Origin: an uncultured Candidatus Saccharibacteria bacterium
GTDB taxonomy: Bacteria > Patescibacteriota > Minisyncoccia > Phycocordibacterales > UBA9973
Length of the DNA stretch: 64,000 nucleotides
Direction: 5' to 3'
NCBI GenBank assembly: GCA_964646765.1
Contig: CAZYIA010000004.1
Location: 77,887 to 141,886 of the forward strand
Part shown: positions 8,094 to 16,925 of the stretch, in pieces
How positions within the stretch are numbered: the first letter of the stretch is position 1
Layout of the letters: the number at the start of each line of letters is the position of its first letter
The notes under the pieces: generated by a model
Databases searched by the model: none
Seen by the model: the letters and a program-made list of their open reading frames with translations, nothing else
What the model was told of the DNA's origin: nothing
Program-made: the position numbers and the translations under genes

Positions 8094-10115
8094 TCAGACC
8101 GCGTCCCGGATGGCCTGCATGAGGCCGTCCGCGAGTTGATCCGTCGTGTTGACTTCGATCCATGACAACCCGAACGAGTCGAGCAGGTCGGTGAATCGTG
8201 CGAGAGACCTTCTCTCGTGTTCATGGCCGGAATTGATCAGCAGAATGGATGTTTCCACGCCGAACGACGCGCAGGTCTGCAAGGCGGCAGCGGTCCGGTC
8301 CGGTTCGGCGGGAAAGCCGTCCGTCACCAGCAACAGCAGCTTGCGTTCCTCGTCTCGTGTCGCCAGCTCCGGTACCACGCGCTCGACCGCCTGCCCCGTG
8401 AGGGTGTTGCCTTCGGTCTTGTGCCAGTGAAGGTCCCTGATACGTCGCCACGCCTCCTCGAAACGCTTGACCGGAGTCAGGTTCTCACCGAAGAAGTGAA
8501 GCGAACACGGCACCTCATGCTTGTCCATCGCCGAGACGGCGGCCCGTGCGGAAGCAACGGCGCCATGCAGCCTGGACACGCCGTCGGCAAGCGCGGTATC
8601 CATCGACGCCGAAACGTCGAGCAGCACCGAGACAGCCGTGCTGACCCCGCTGACATCCTCGTCGATCCTGAAGACGCGTGGTTGCGGGCTCGACTTCACG
8701 CTCGCCAGATGTCTGGATGACAGTTTCCGCCCGGAACGCTCAAGATGCGATCGTTCCTCCAGGCGCGATTCAAGCAGTACCTCCAGGTGCGAGACAACCT
8801 TGAGCTCGATCTGCCGCGTGAGCGCGGCGTAGGGCTCCAGTGCCTGGGCATTCGGGAGTGCGCGTTTTTCGCGGATGGTCCAGCTGTTGTCCGGTGGCGC
8901 CACCTGGTCGATCGCCTCTTGCAGCAGGCTGCCAAGGTCGGTCTCCGGCAGATCGTGTGCACTCAACAGTTGCGCGAGCGCTTTGATCGCCTGATCGAGA
9001 TCGCCCTGTTCGACGCCATCCTGCAAGCTCGAGGCTGCCGAGGGATCCCCGGCGTCACCCTGACTGCCTGACGATGATTCGCTACCCTCAGACGGAGTGC
9101 CGTTGGAGTTCTTCTCGTTGTCATCCTGCTCACCTTGCGACGAACCGGAAGCGCTGGGTCCCTCATCCTGCGGATCCTGGCCGGCATTCTGGTCGTCTCC
9201 CTTCCCGTCGCCGTTCTCGCCCTGCTCTTGCGAACCGGCTTCACCACTCCGGGAAGTGTCGCTCGCGGATTCGTCGTCCTCCTTCCCGTCTTTCGACGAG
9301 CCGGAAGCCTCTTGGCTGTCATCCCGGGAATCCTGGTTGGTGTCTTGCTTGCCTTCCGCTTTTCCCTGGTCGCTACCCTGATCCTGCCCGGCGGTGCCGG
9401 AACTGCCATCGCTGGAATCGTCTTGCCCGGCTTGCGCCTGCTGATTCTCCATCGACTGCAACTCGCGCTTGAGGAACTCTTCCAGCGCAATCGAACAATC
9501 CACGACATCCTTCGTGCAACGGCTACGAGCGAGCCCGTCGCGTGCGATGTCCAGAAAGCCCTTGACCACCGGCATGCCGACCATGGTGCACAACATCGAC
9601 ATCCGGGCCCGGTACATCGGCTCGAGGATCTTCTGCCCCAGGTATTGCCCACGCACCCAACCGAGCAGCATGTTGGGAAACAGCTCCTCGACCGGCTCAT
9701 CGGGAGAAGGCATGTCGAACAGCCCTCTTTTGACCATGACCTCCAGCGCAGCCTCGATCCTGACGGCCATACCCGGGTAGTCGCGTTTTTCGCATGCTTC
9801 CATCCTGCCGTCCTCGAGGGAACGGTAGAAGGACAGCGCGAGCGGTCGTTTGAGAATGGTCGTCTTGGCAAGAAAGTCCGTGTAGCGGACGTGTCCGAAC
9901 TCGTGCGTACAGGTGCCGTCGAGCAGAACAACTGCGTCCGGTTCGTCGGAAAACGCCGCGAAGTTGATGGTCACCGTCTTGCCGTCGGTGCATCCGGTCG
10001 AGATGTTGCCTGAACGGATGTTTATCCCCAGCCGCCGGCCAACGATCTCACCGTACATCCTGAGATTGGCGACCCGGCGGGTCACCGTGCCAGACTTACG
10101 AAATGTTGCCTTCAT
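8094..10115 (-). CDS. von Willebrand factor A (vWA, MIDAS) protein with long poly-acidic/Ser-Gly low-complexity spacer; CobT-like partner of the AAA+ ATPase
   Basis: MIDAS motif DVSASM...T...D at the C-terminus. ~150-aa D/E/S/G-rich region. Start MKATFRK is preceded by GAGGAG. Confidence 0.8.
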   Translation of the reverse strand: MKATFRKSGTVTRRVANLRMYGEIVGRRLGINIRSGNISTGCTDGKTVTINFAAFSDEPDAVVLLDGTCTHEFGHVRYTDFLAKTTILKRPLALSFYRSLEDGRMEACEKRDYPGMAVRIEAALEVMVKRGLFDMPSPDEPVEELFPNMLLGWVRGQYLGQKILEPMYRARMSMLCTMVGMPVVKGFLDIARDGLARSRCTKDVVDCSIALEEFLKRELQSMENQQAQAGQDDSSDGSSGTAGQDQGSDQGKAEGKQDTNQDSRDDSQEASGSSKDGKEDDESASDTSRSGEAGSQEQGENGDGKGDDQNAGQDPQDEGPSASGSSQGEQDDNEKNSNGTPSEGSESSSGSQGDAGDPSAASSLQDGVEQGDLDQAIKALAQLLSAHDLPETDLGSLLQEAIDQVAPPDNSWTIREKRALPNAQALEPYAALTRQIELKVVSHLEVLLESRLEERSHLERSGRKLSSRHLASVKSSPQPRVFRIDEDVSGVSTAVSVLLDVSASMDTALADGVSRLHGAVASARAAVSAMDKHEVPCSLHFFGENLTPVKRFEEAWRRIRDLHWHKTEGNTLTGQAVERVVPELATRDEERKLLLLVTDGFPAEPDRTAAALQTCASFGVETSILLINSGHEHERRSLARFTDLLDSFGLSWIEVNTTDQLADGLMQAIRDAV

Positions 10116-10445
10116 GGTTCGCTCCTCGGCTCGAGAGGCCTCCACTGCGGAGAGCCATTCCTCTTTGCATAGGGGCAAGCCGTTGCAAGGTAGCGGCTAT
10201 GGTCGCGACGTCTGTTTTGGAACATCCGCGACCAAAATTGAGGGCAATGGTGCGAAGCTATCGGGTCAGCGCGGTCAACCCGGCGAGCAAAAGGACGGTT
10301 GCAACGATCGCACCGAGTGCCAGTGCGCTGCCCAGCAACGCCGACTTCAGCGGCGGCGGTGCGCTTCCTTCGATTTTCGTCGATGCTTTCATCGGTTCTG
10401 CTCCTGATTGCGGAGCAGAAACTCTCGATCAAAACCGATCGCTGA

Positions 10446-10892
10446 TCAATTTCTTATAGCGTCGATGAATCGCAGCACCTTGGCCGCACGCCTGCCTTCC
10501 TGGTCCGCGACGGCAGACAGCAGCGCGCCGACCAGGCCTTCGGCCAACAACTCGCGTTCTTCGGATGTGGATAGATGGACCGGAGCCCGATCGATCACTA
10601 CGGGGTTGTTGCGGCGCCCCATGCACTCGCTGAGCGTCATCACGCACCACTTTCGCGCCGCACGAGCGACCCAGTCAGGGACCGATTCACGGCCAAGAAT
10701 GAAATCCGAGACGCGACGCGCGGCCGATCTCGAAGAACCGGAAAGCACGGGTCGGCCCGCGATCGCCTCGATCTCCGCGGCCACAAGCAGATTTGTGCCT
10801 GTCTCGGATCCGATCAGGTACCGCATGAGGCCAACAGTATTGAGGACGGGCGCGTCTTCGATGGGGCGGCCAGGCAGATTACTTTTCCTCAA
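10446..10892 (-). CDS. hypothetical protein, paralog 2 of a duplicated pair
   Basis: N-terminus GRPIEDAPVLNTVGLMRYLIG aligns with the upstream gene's GRPLLDHPVRNVIGLMLHLLG. Confidence 0.6.
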   Translation of the reverse strand: MRKSNLPGRPIEDAPVLNTVGLMRYLIGSETGTNLLVAAEIEAIAGRPVLSGSSRSAARRVSDFILGRESVPDWVARAARKWCVMTLSECMGRRNNPVVIDRAPVHLSTSEERELLAEGLVGALLSAVADQEGRRAAKVLRFIDAIRN

Positions 10893-11378
10893 TCAGGGAT
10901 TCTCGCTCTGTTTCAGGATCGTTTCTATGAGCAGCAGCGTTGACCGCAGCTTTCGCTCGGCCTCGGCTGCCGCGTGACGCAGCACCAGGTCTACCAGACC
11001 CGTTGCCAGTAGACGTGCGGCCGTAGCGGACGAGACATCGAGAACATGATCGTCCACCGTGATGCCAACACGCTTGCGCTTCAGTGCCGCCGCGATGTGT
11101 CGCACGCACCATTCGTGAGCGGCTTCCTCGGCCCAGATCGGGATCGCCTTGCCGCCCGATGCAAACTCACCGATGCGTTTTTGTGTTTCGCGCGTGCGCG
11201 CGACACCATCCAGCTTCGGGACGATCGTTCGGCCCGAGAGGGCCTCCAGCTCTTCTGCCAGTTTCCCGCGAGATTCCATGCCGCCCAGCAAGTGCAGCAT
11301 GAGTCCGATGACATTCCGTACGGGATGATCGAGGAGCGGCCGTCCGATCCCCTTGTTCGCGCCTCGAGGCTTGGCCAT
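10893..11378 (-). CDS. hypothetical protein, paralog 1 of a duplicated pair
   Basis: Start MAKPRGANKG overlaps the Macro gene stop (TGATG). Paralogous to 10446..10892. Confidence 0.55.
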   Translation of the reverse strand: MAKPRGANKGIGRPLLDHPVRNVIGLMLHLLGGMESRGKLAEELEALSGRTIVPKLDGVARTRETQKRIGEFASGGKAIPIWAEEAAHEWCVRHIAAALKRKRVGITVDDHVLDVSSATAARLLATGLVDLVLRHAAAEAERKLRSTLLLIETILKQSENP

Positions 11379-11836
11379 CACCGGTTCTTCTCCGGGGGGA
11401 ACAGCCATACGTCCACGGTTCCGGACGGAATCTCGGCAAAGGCCTGCTCGATGCGCTGTTTGACGATATGCCACGAGAGTCCGCCCAGACCGCAGCCGAG
11501 CGCCGGGATCGCGATGGAGTCGATGGCGTTCATTCGCACCCACTCAACGAGTACCGGCAGACCGGCTTCGATGTACGCCATCTTTGACGGACTGCGCCAG
11601 AAGATCTTGGTCGGAAAATGAACAATGCGACGGCCGTCCTCGAGCCAGAAGTCGTGCAGCAATCCCGGCTTGAGTTCCTTGCGTGCGCAGGCCTGGCGGT
11701 ACGACTCGTAAGCGGCGGGAAAGCGTTGCCTGAACTCCAGCGCCAGACCTTTTCCCGCGATGCCTTGCCCGTTCACCGGGTTGACCAGCGCGCGGACTGG
11801 GGCGTCGAAGATGCTGCCTTGGCGTTCTTCAATCAT
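11378..11836 (-). CDS. Macro domain protein (ADP-ribose / O-acetyl-ADP-ribose processing family)
   Basis: GIAGKGLALEF...AIPALGCGLGGLSW matches the macro-domain glycine-rich loops. 152 aa. Confidence 0.8.
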   Translation of the reverse strand: MIEERQGSIFDAPVRALVNPVNGQGIAGKGLALEFRQRFPAAYESYRQACARKELKPGLLHDFWLEDGRRIVHFPTKIFWRSPSKMAYIEAGLPVLVEWVRMNAIDSIAIPALGCGLGGLSWHIVKQRIEQAFAEIPSGTVDVWLFPPEKNR

Positions 11837-12104
11837 TCGGGTTCATTGCCTCGTTGACGCGCATCAACAGCATGGCGCAGGCCAGGATCGCCATTGCTGC
11901 GGCAAATGCCGAGACGTAGGGGTGTCCGTCGAAGCTGGATCCGAAAGCGACGATGATCTCATGCGCCGACGCCCCGGTTGCGAGGTGACCGACAAGTAGC
12001 AAAAGGCCCATGAACACCGCCAGCGCGCCTACCGGCAGGAGGGCGTCAATCAGTTTGTAAGGCACGTCTGTTTTCCAGAAAATCGCGCAGCCGTACGCCC
12101 GCAT
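11829..12104 (-). CDS. small membrane protein (2 predicted TM)
   Basis: Hydrophobic segments LLPVGALAVFMGLLLLVGHL and AFAAAMAILACAMLLM. Its stop abuts the Macro gene start. Start uncertain (12104 or 12011). Confidence 0.45.
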   Translation of the reverse strand: MRAYGCAIFWKTDVPYKLIDALLPVGALAVFMGLLLLVGHLATGASAHEIIVAFGSSFDGHPYVSAFAAAMAILACAMLLMRVNEAMNPND

Positions 12105-12891
12105 CGGCGCGCGCGAAGTTGAACACCGGAATGCCCCAGCGGCTTGCGAGGGCGATCGCCTGCCCTGTCCCGCCCGTGGCAGGCCCGCGCTCCGCTTCGT
12201 TCTCCGCTCCGTCCGGGGTCCAGGCAATGACGAAATCGCTGGGTGTGCGGCAATCGGCACCGAGGATCTGGTGGGTGTTGCGCGCCATCAGCTTGCGGAC
12301 CGCCGGCGACAGCTTGTTCCAGGCCGGATGCAGACAGGCGGCCACCTCCATGGCTTCCTGTGTCGGCTCAACGAAAACCGAACGGCGACCATTGAACCCC
12401 GGCCACGGCAGAAAAATTTCCTTTTGCGCGCCGGCACCTTGCTCGAATGCTGTATCCGCGCCGCCCGCACCGCCGGAACGCAGCGTGTATCCCATGCGGG
12501 CAAGCCGGACAGCGGCTTCGGTCATGCGGGCCAACTGGTCAGGCGGTGTCTTGCGCGAACCGATGCCGGCGTAAGTCATGCTGATTTCCTTCGGGGGCAG
12601 CCCGGTCTCTGCCAGGCGCCGCCAGGCATGCTCTACCTCGGTTCCGTGACAGCGCAACGGAGCGCACGAACAAACAAGGCGGGAATCGGCCTTCAGACCC
12701 AGAAGCGCGGTCAACATTGCGGGGTCGCCTTGCGACACCCTGTAGGCCATACGATCGGCGTACTGCTCGCACACCTGGTCGCGGTCACCGTGCTCGCCGA
12801 TGACGTAGGGATTGCCGAATACCGTCCCGCGGCCGATGTAGATTGAACCGGGTGGCCAGTCGTTGAGGTTCTTGCGGTTGAGGATCTGCAT
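12046..12891 (-). CDS. fusion protein: N-terminal DUF4326-like domain (GNPY...CSC) + C-terminal DprA/Smf-like SLOG Rossmann domain
   Basis: N-terminus GSIYIGRGTVFGNPYVIG...CSCAPLRCHG. C-terminus GIGSRKTP...SGGAGGADTAFEQGA...HQILG...GGTGQAIALASRWGIPVFNF resembles DprA SGLARGIDxxAH...AVP. Confidence 0.65.
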   Translation of the reverse strand: MQILNRKNLNDWPPGSIYIGRGTVFGNPYVIGEHGDRDQVCEQYADRMAYRVSQGDPAMLTALLGLKADSRLVCSCAPLRCHGTEVEHAWRRLAETGLPPKEISMTYAGIGSRKTPPDQLARMTEAAVRLARMGYTLRSGGAGGADTAFEQGAGAQKEIFLPWPGFNGRRSVFVEPTQEAMEVAACLHPAWNKLSPAVRKLMARNTHQILGADCRTPSDFVIAWTPDGAENEAERGPATGGTGQAIALASRWGIPVFNFARADAGVRLRDFLENRRALQTD

Positions 12892-12904
12892 GCCGCCCGC
12901 CGGT

Positions 12905-13402
12905 TCAGGTTCCACTCAAGACAAATGCCTCTTCTGCAGGAATGAACGCGGCGAGCATCGAGCCCAGCAAGGTGTGCACGTAATTGCTGTACGGCAGGTT
13001 CAGCCTCGCGAGTCTGGCACGCAAAGCCGTGAACGAACCTGTTTCGTGGCCCGATTCCACAATCGTCGCCAGATCCCGGCCTGTCCATGCACAAAATCGC
13101 CCTTCGCGATCAAGACCAAACCAGTGCAGCGCGTCGAAACTAAGCTGTGCCGGCTCGCACGCGGCCACGCCGTACGGGATGAACGAGGCGTGCGTCACGG
13201 CGCATCCTTCGTTGGCGGGGTGATCCGCAATCAGGCCCCACGACCGGGTCTCTTTTGCGAGCATCACACGCACTCCCTGCACCGGTCGCCCGGAATCACC
13301 CCGTATCGCGTTGGACAGGACTACCGCATACGTTGGCCCGGCGAGGAACATGGGCGCAGACAAGACAAGCAAGCGTGTCTCCGTTATTTCGTGCGCCGGC
13401 AT
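12905..13402 (-). CDS. hypothetical protein (165 aa) at the head of the Macro operon
   Basis: Internal Met of the 12905..13957 ORF. Ends 13 nt before the next start. Confidence 0.4.
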   Translation of the reverse strand: MPAHEITETRLLVLSAPMFLAGPTYAVVLSNAIRGDSGRPVQGVRVMLAKETRSWGLIADHPANEGCAVTHASFIPYGVAACEPAQLSFDALHWFGLDREGRFCAWTGRDLATIVESGHETGSFTALRARLARLNLPYSNYVHTLLGSMLAAFIPAEEAFVLSGT

Positions 13403-13584
13403 GAGGCATCGACGCTCATGCTGCTGTCTTTCGTCATCTGTTTCAGGAACATGGTTTTGGCCTGCTCGCAGCGCTCCAGGCTGGAGAATTCCTGCCGGCG
13501 TTCTATTGGCGGCTGTGGCTCCGCAAGCGGAGTCCCGCCAACCAGAGTTATGGTCAGCATCAAAACATACACGGCATTCATCAT
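13384..13584 (-). CDS. small secreted protein (signal peptide), low GC
   Basis: N-terminus MMNAVYVLMLTITLVGG. Lies in a local AT-rich patch. Confidence 0.35.
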   Translation of the reverse strand: MMNAVYVLMLTITLVGGTPLAEPQPPIERRQEFSSLERCEQAKTMFLKQMTKDSSMSVDASCRRTK

Positions 13585-13679
13585 CGACCTTCTTTCTCAC
13601 GCTACAGACAATTTCCATATTTTGGAAAATTCCATGAAAACATCCAGTTCTTATACGGCCGCAGCGAAGCATCACCGCG

Positions 13680-14735
13680 CTAACCTCGCCCTTTCCTCTC
13701 CGCTGCCCGCCGCTTGTTTTCCGCACTGCAGATGCGACAGGTGACGATGCGCCGCCCGTCCTCCGTGAAGCGCTCCTGGTACGGATGACCTTTCGGGCAA
13801 TGCGTCTTGTGCCGCACGACCTGCTTGTGAGCGGGATCGAGCTTGCGCAGTCGCTTGCTGATCCCCATGCGATCGGTGCCCAGTTCGGCGGCGATTTCGT
13901 CGATGGTCTTGCCAGCGTGCCGTAGTGCAAGCACGGCAGCGCTGTATCGCGCACCAAGCATGTTCATTTCGGCCTGTTTCGCGAACGGCAACGCCTCGAC
14001 GGTTTCGCTGAACGAGCGCTGGCGCTCGGCGTCGGCCGCCTTCCATGCGCGGAACGTGCTCATGGAAGGCATGCCGGGTCGCGCGCAGGCCTCGGTGGGC
14101 GTCGCGGATTCTGCGCGCATTGTGTCGATCACGCGCCAGAAGTCGGCGTCTGTGAACTGGCGCTGGCGGGCACTGGTGCTCACCCGCTTGTACTCGGTTT
14201 CCGCCGTGCGCGATTTACGCGAGCGAGCCAGTTGAGCCTGTGCCGGGTTGCCCATGAGTCGCCAGTTGCCAGCCTCGATGCGCTCTTCCAGCAATTCACG
14301 ATGCTTCGCTTTCGTCTCCTCGCACGCGAGCCCAAAGGTACGCGGCAGCCGGTACTGGTCGCGGTATTCGTCAAGGTCCACCTTATGCAGGGTGGCGAGA
14401 TGAATTCCGAGTGCCCGATAGGCGTTGCCGCAAATCAGACAGGTGTGCCCGTTCGGTGAGCCCTTGAGGTAGCGGTCGATTTGAGCCTTGGTCTCGAACG
14501 GGCCGATTTTTGGGAAACCTTCGCGGACAATCCGCCGTGCCAGGCGCCGTTTCAGGTTCTTGGCTTCCTGTGCCGTCGCAGCCCCCGAGATCGCGCGCTC
14601 CAGATCGCCCTGGTGTACGCGCATTTCCTGGCCCATTTGGCGAAGACGGTCCCAGAACGGGTTCCCTTCGTGGCGCTCGGCTTGCGATGCAATAGAAGGT
14701 GCCCACTGGTTGCCGGTGATGAATGGTTTGGACAT
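13680..14735 (-). CDS. MucR/Ros-family zinc-finger transcriptional regulator with a second C-terminal Cys4 finger
   Basis: HTCLICGNAYRALGIHLATLHKVDLDEYRDQYRLP matches the MucR C2H2-like finger. C-terminus HCPKGH...CRIC. Confidence 0.7.
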   Translation of the reverse strand: MSKPFITGNQWAPSIASQAERHEGNPFWDRLRQMGQEMRVHQGDLERAISGAATAQEAKNLKRRLARRIVREGFPKIGPFETKAQIDRYLKGSPNGHTCLICGNAYRALGIHLATLHKVDLDEYRDQYRLPRTFGLACEETKAKHRELLEERIEAGNWRLMGNPAQAQLARSRKSRTAETEYKRVSTSARQRQFTDADFWRVIDTMRAESATPTEACARPGMPSMSTFRAWKAADAERQRSFSETVEALPFAKQAEMNMLGARYSAAVLALRHAGKTIDEIAAELGTDRMGISKRLRKLDPAHKQVVRHKTHCPKGHPYQERFTEDGRRIVTCRICSAENKRRAAERKGRG

Positions 14736-15023
14736 TCGATAGGTGTCTATTCAGCGTTAGGGCGCATGTCGGCACGCACGCACTTTCGGGTTTCGCAAAA
14801 CGGCAAGTCTTCGCGTTCGCATGGAGCGAGAGATGTGCCGTGCGGGTATCTGATTCCCTTACACGCTTGCATTCCCGGCCCCGCGTGCCCGTGCTTGCAT
14901 CGGGTTTGGCCGTCGCCGAGTTGCTCCAATCCGCTGCACCATTTCTTCGTGTCCATCGTTCGCTCCGTTCGGGCATTACGCCCTAACAATTCATTCAAGC
15001 CGACGCCTACGGCGCGGCTTAAT

Positions 15024-15290
15024 TCAGGCGTTATGCCCCACGCGCGCTTTAGCGCTATACAGTCCATCCGTCAGCGCGCGGGCCTGTGGGGCGGTAAGGT
15101 GGCACGCGTTGAGACAAATGGGTTCTTCGCCGGCAGTCATGTGCGCGTTGCAATATGGGCAGCGCCAGTGCCCGAAGCAATCAAGAATCGGCTTATCCGG
15201 GTCATACTTCGCAGGTCTACCCCAAACATGGGGCACGCCGTCAACGTATCTCATTCCGCTCATTTCATTTCCTTTCTGGCCGTCTGGCAT
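15024..15290 (-). CDS. small Cys/His-rich protein
   Basis: CFGHWRCPYCNAH...CLNACH. Confidence 0.45.
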   Translation of the reverse strand: MPDGQKGNEMSGMRYVDGVPHVWGRPAKYDPDKPILDCFGHWRCPYCNAHMTAGEEPICLNACHLTAPQARALTDGLYSAKARVGHNA

Positions 15291-15300
15291 AACATTTCAT

Positions 15301-15579
15301 TCAACCCGGACCGCCGCGAAGCGGCGTCGGCTCATTGCTTGCGTTGGGCGCTGCCAAATCAGGCCGGTACATGGCGCGAAAGTCATCATCCACAATTGCG
15401 CGCAACAGCTTGCCAACCTTTGCGTCCCTGTCGTGGTCCCATGCATCGTATGCGTCTCGTGCCAATGAGCGCACGGCCTCGATTTCACGTGCTGCGTCAA
15501 GCATTGCCTTGGCGGAGTCTCTATATCCATCATTCCTCAAGTCAGGTTCCAAGTCCTGCAACCGTGCAACAATGTCCAT
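15301..15579 (-). CDS. hypothetical protein
   Basis: 92-aa ORF co-oriented with the array. Confidence 0.45.
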   Translation of the reverse strand: MDIVARLQDLEPDLRNDGYRDSAKAMLDAAREIEAVRSLARDAYDAWDHDRDAKVGKLLRAIVDDDFRAMYRPDLAAPNASNEPTPLRGGPG

Positions 15580-15612
15580 TCTTTACTCCCTGTTCTGCGC
15601 CCAACAATTCAT

Positions 15613-15813
15613 TCAACATCGCTCCCTCCGGTCGCTGGTAAGCACCTCGACATTTACAATCCATGCCCCCGAACGATTTAGCTCTATCCAGTCGAACACA
15701 TCTTCGAGCGTTTCAGTTTTCTCAAACGTCCGCCCGATCTTCCAATGTTTTGCTTGTGTATCAATCGGCGGCTGGTCGTGAAATTCAGCAACTACGGTAT
15801 ATTGCTCTGCCAT
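15613..15813 (-). CDS. hypothetical protein
   Basis: 66-aa ORF co-oriented with the array. Confidence 0.4.
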   Translation of the reverse strand: MAEQYTVVAEFHDQPPIDTQAKHWKIGRTFEKTETLEDVFDWIELNRSGAWIVNVEVLTSDRRERC

Positions 15814-15996
15814 GTTTCTCTCCGGTTAAGCGCGGCGTTGGGCGTCTTATTCGCGTACCGGCCAGCCCGCGACAGAATCCAAGCGAATGCGCGGCTTTCC
15901 CGGCAATCTGGCAGCGGGAGCGGCCATGCCATCACGATCCGGTAGCAAATCCAGTCAGTGAGCATTGGCCTTCTCCCCGCAGCCGTCGTGGTTCCT

Positions 15997-16548
15997 CTAC
16001 GGTTTCTTGCCTGCCCACCAGTCCGCGCCCGGCGGGTGGTCGGCTTCGTGGCCCGCGTCGATGGCCCGCTTGATGGCCTTGCCAAGCCCCTTGCTGCCGG
16101 CGCCGCCGAGGGCATCGCGCAGTGCATAGAAGGCGGCTCGCACCTTCTCGCGCCGGTCCTCAACCGCTCGAACAGCATCAAGGCGTACGAACTTGTCCCC
16201 GTCGTGACCCCAAAGCTCTCCGGTCTCCAGATCGATCATCACCCACTTGCCCGGACACCGGGTCTTGATGTTGATGTCAGTAAGATCAGGACGGCACTGC
16301 ACTTCCTTGCCGTGCGGCTTGAGCTTTCGCGTCTCACCGGCGATGTTTGGCGCGGGAAGCTCCTCAATGGCCTCTTTCCGGAAGTACGGCAACCACATCT
16401 TTCCAGACAGCCTGCCAACGCGCATCTTGCCGTCGGCGTACTCCCAGTTGACGTGGCTGTTGGCGACGGTGGTGACGCGTCGCACGCCGTGTTTGAAGCG
16501 GAACACGGCGCCAGGCTTTACCTGATTGGTCGAAACTGTCATTGCCAC
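15997..16548 (-). CDS. hypothetical protein
   Basis: 183 aa. Confidence 0.5.
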   Translation of the reverse strand: MAMTVSTNQVKPGAVFRFKHGVRRVTTVANSHVNWEYADGKMRVGRLSGKMWLPYFRKEAIEELPAPNIAGETRKLKPHGKEVQCRPDLTDINIKTRCPGKWVMIDLETGELWGHDGDKFVRLDAVRAVEDRREKVRAAFYALRDALGGAGSKGLGKAIKRAIDAGHEADHPPGADWWAGKKP

Positions 16549-16581
16549 CCCCTGTGCATCCGTCGATTGACATGACCGATG

Positions 16582-16863
16582 TCACACCTCCAGCCCGTGA
16601 TTCTTGGCGCTGCCTTCGTCGTCTTCTTCACGTTGCTGCCGAATGCTTCGGTATGCTGGCAGCAAATATACGGCGTCCGGGTTATGCATGATCCAGACGA
16701 TCATCTGATTGAGTTCCAATGGCAGATCCGATCTGGTCATGTCGATTTTGCCGCCACGAACACGCGCGATGTAGCGGGCATCTGCTGTCGGCAGTTCTCG
16801 CGGATCGAGTTCGTTTTCGGTGGCGTTCTGATGGGCCAGTGTGTGCATCGTGTTTTTCTCCAT
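16582..16863 (-). CDS. hypothetical protein
   Basis: 93 aa. Confidence 0.45.
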   Translation of the reverse strand: MEKNTMHTLAHQNATENELDPRELPTADARYIARVRGGKIDMTRSDLPLELNQMIVWIMHNPDAVYLLPAYRSIRQQREEDDEGSAKNHGLEV

Positions 16864-16925
16864 GTTGAGTGGATCTGCATTCCGCGAGACCCCAAACTTT
16901 AGGGGCGGGCCGGTTCGGCGTCCGG

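Noticed and set aside
8146-10407. Plus-strand ORFs 8217..8720, 9135..10013, 9074..9472 and minus ORF 8963..9931 inside the vWA gene
   Set aside because: They are antisense or alternate-frame ORFs within the well-supported vWA gene. The low-complexity acidic coding region generates long spurious frames.
14383-15641. ORFs 14383..14976- and 14481..15641+ (386 aa)
   Set aside because: They overlap the MucR-like gene and three small minus-strand genes and have an Arg/Pro-rich artefactual composition.
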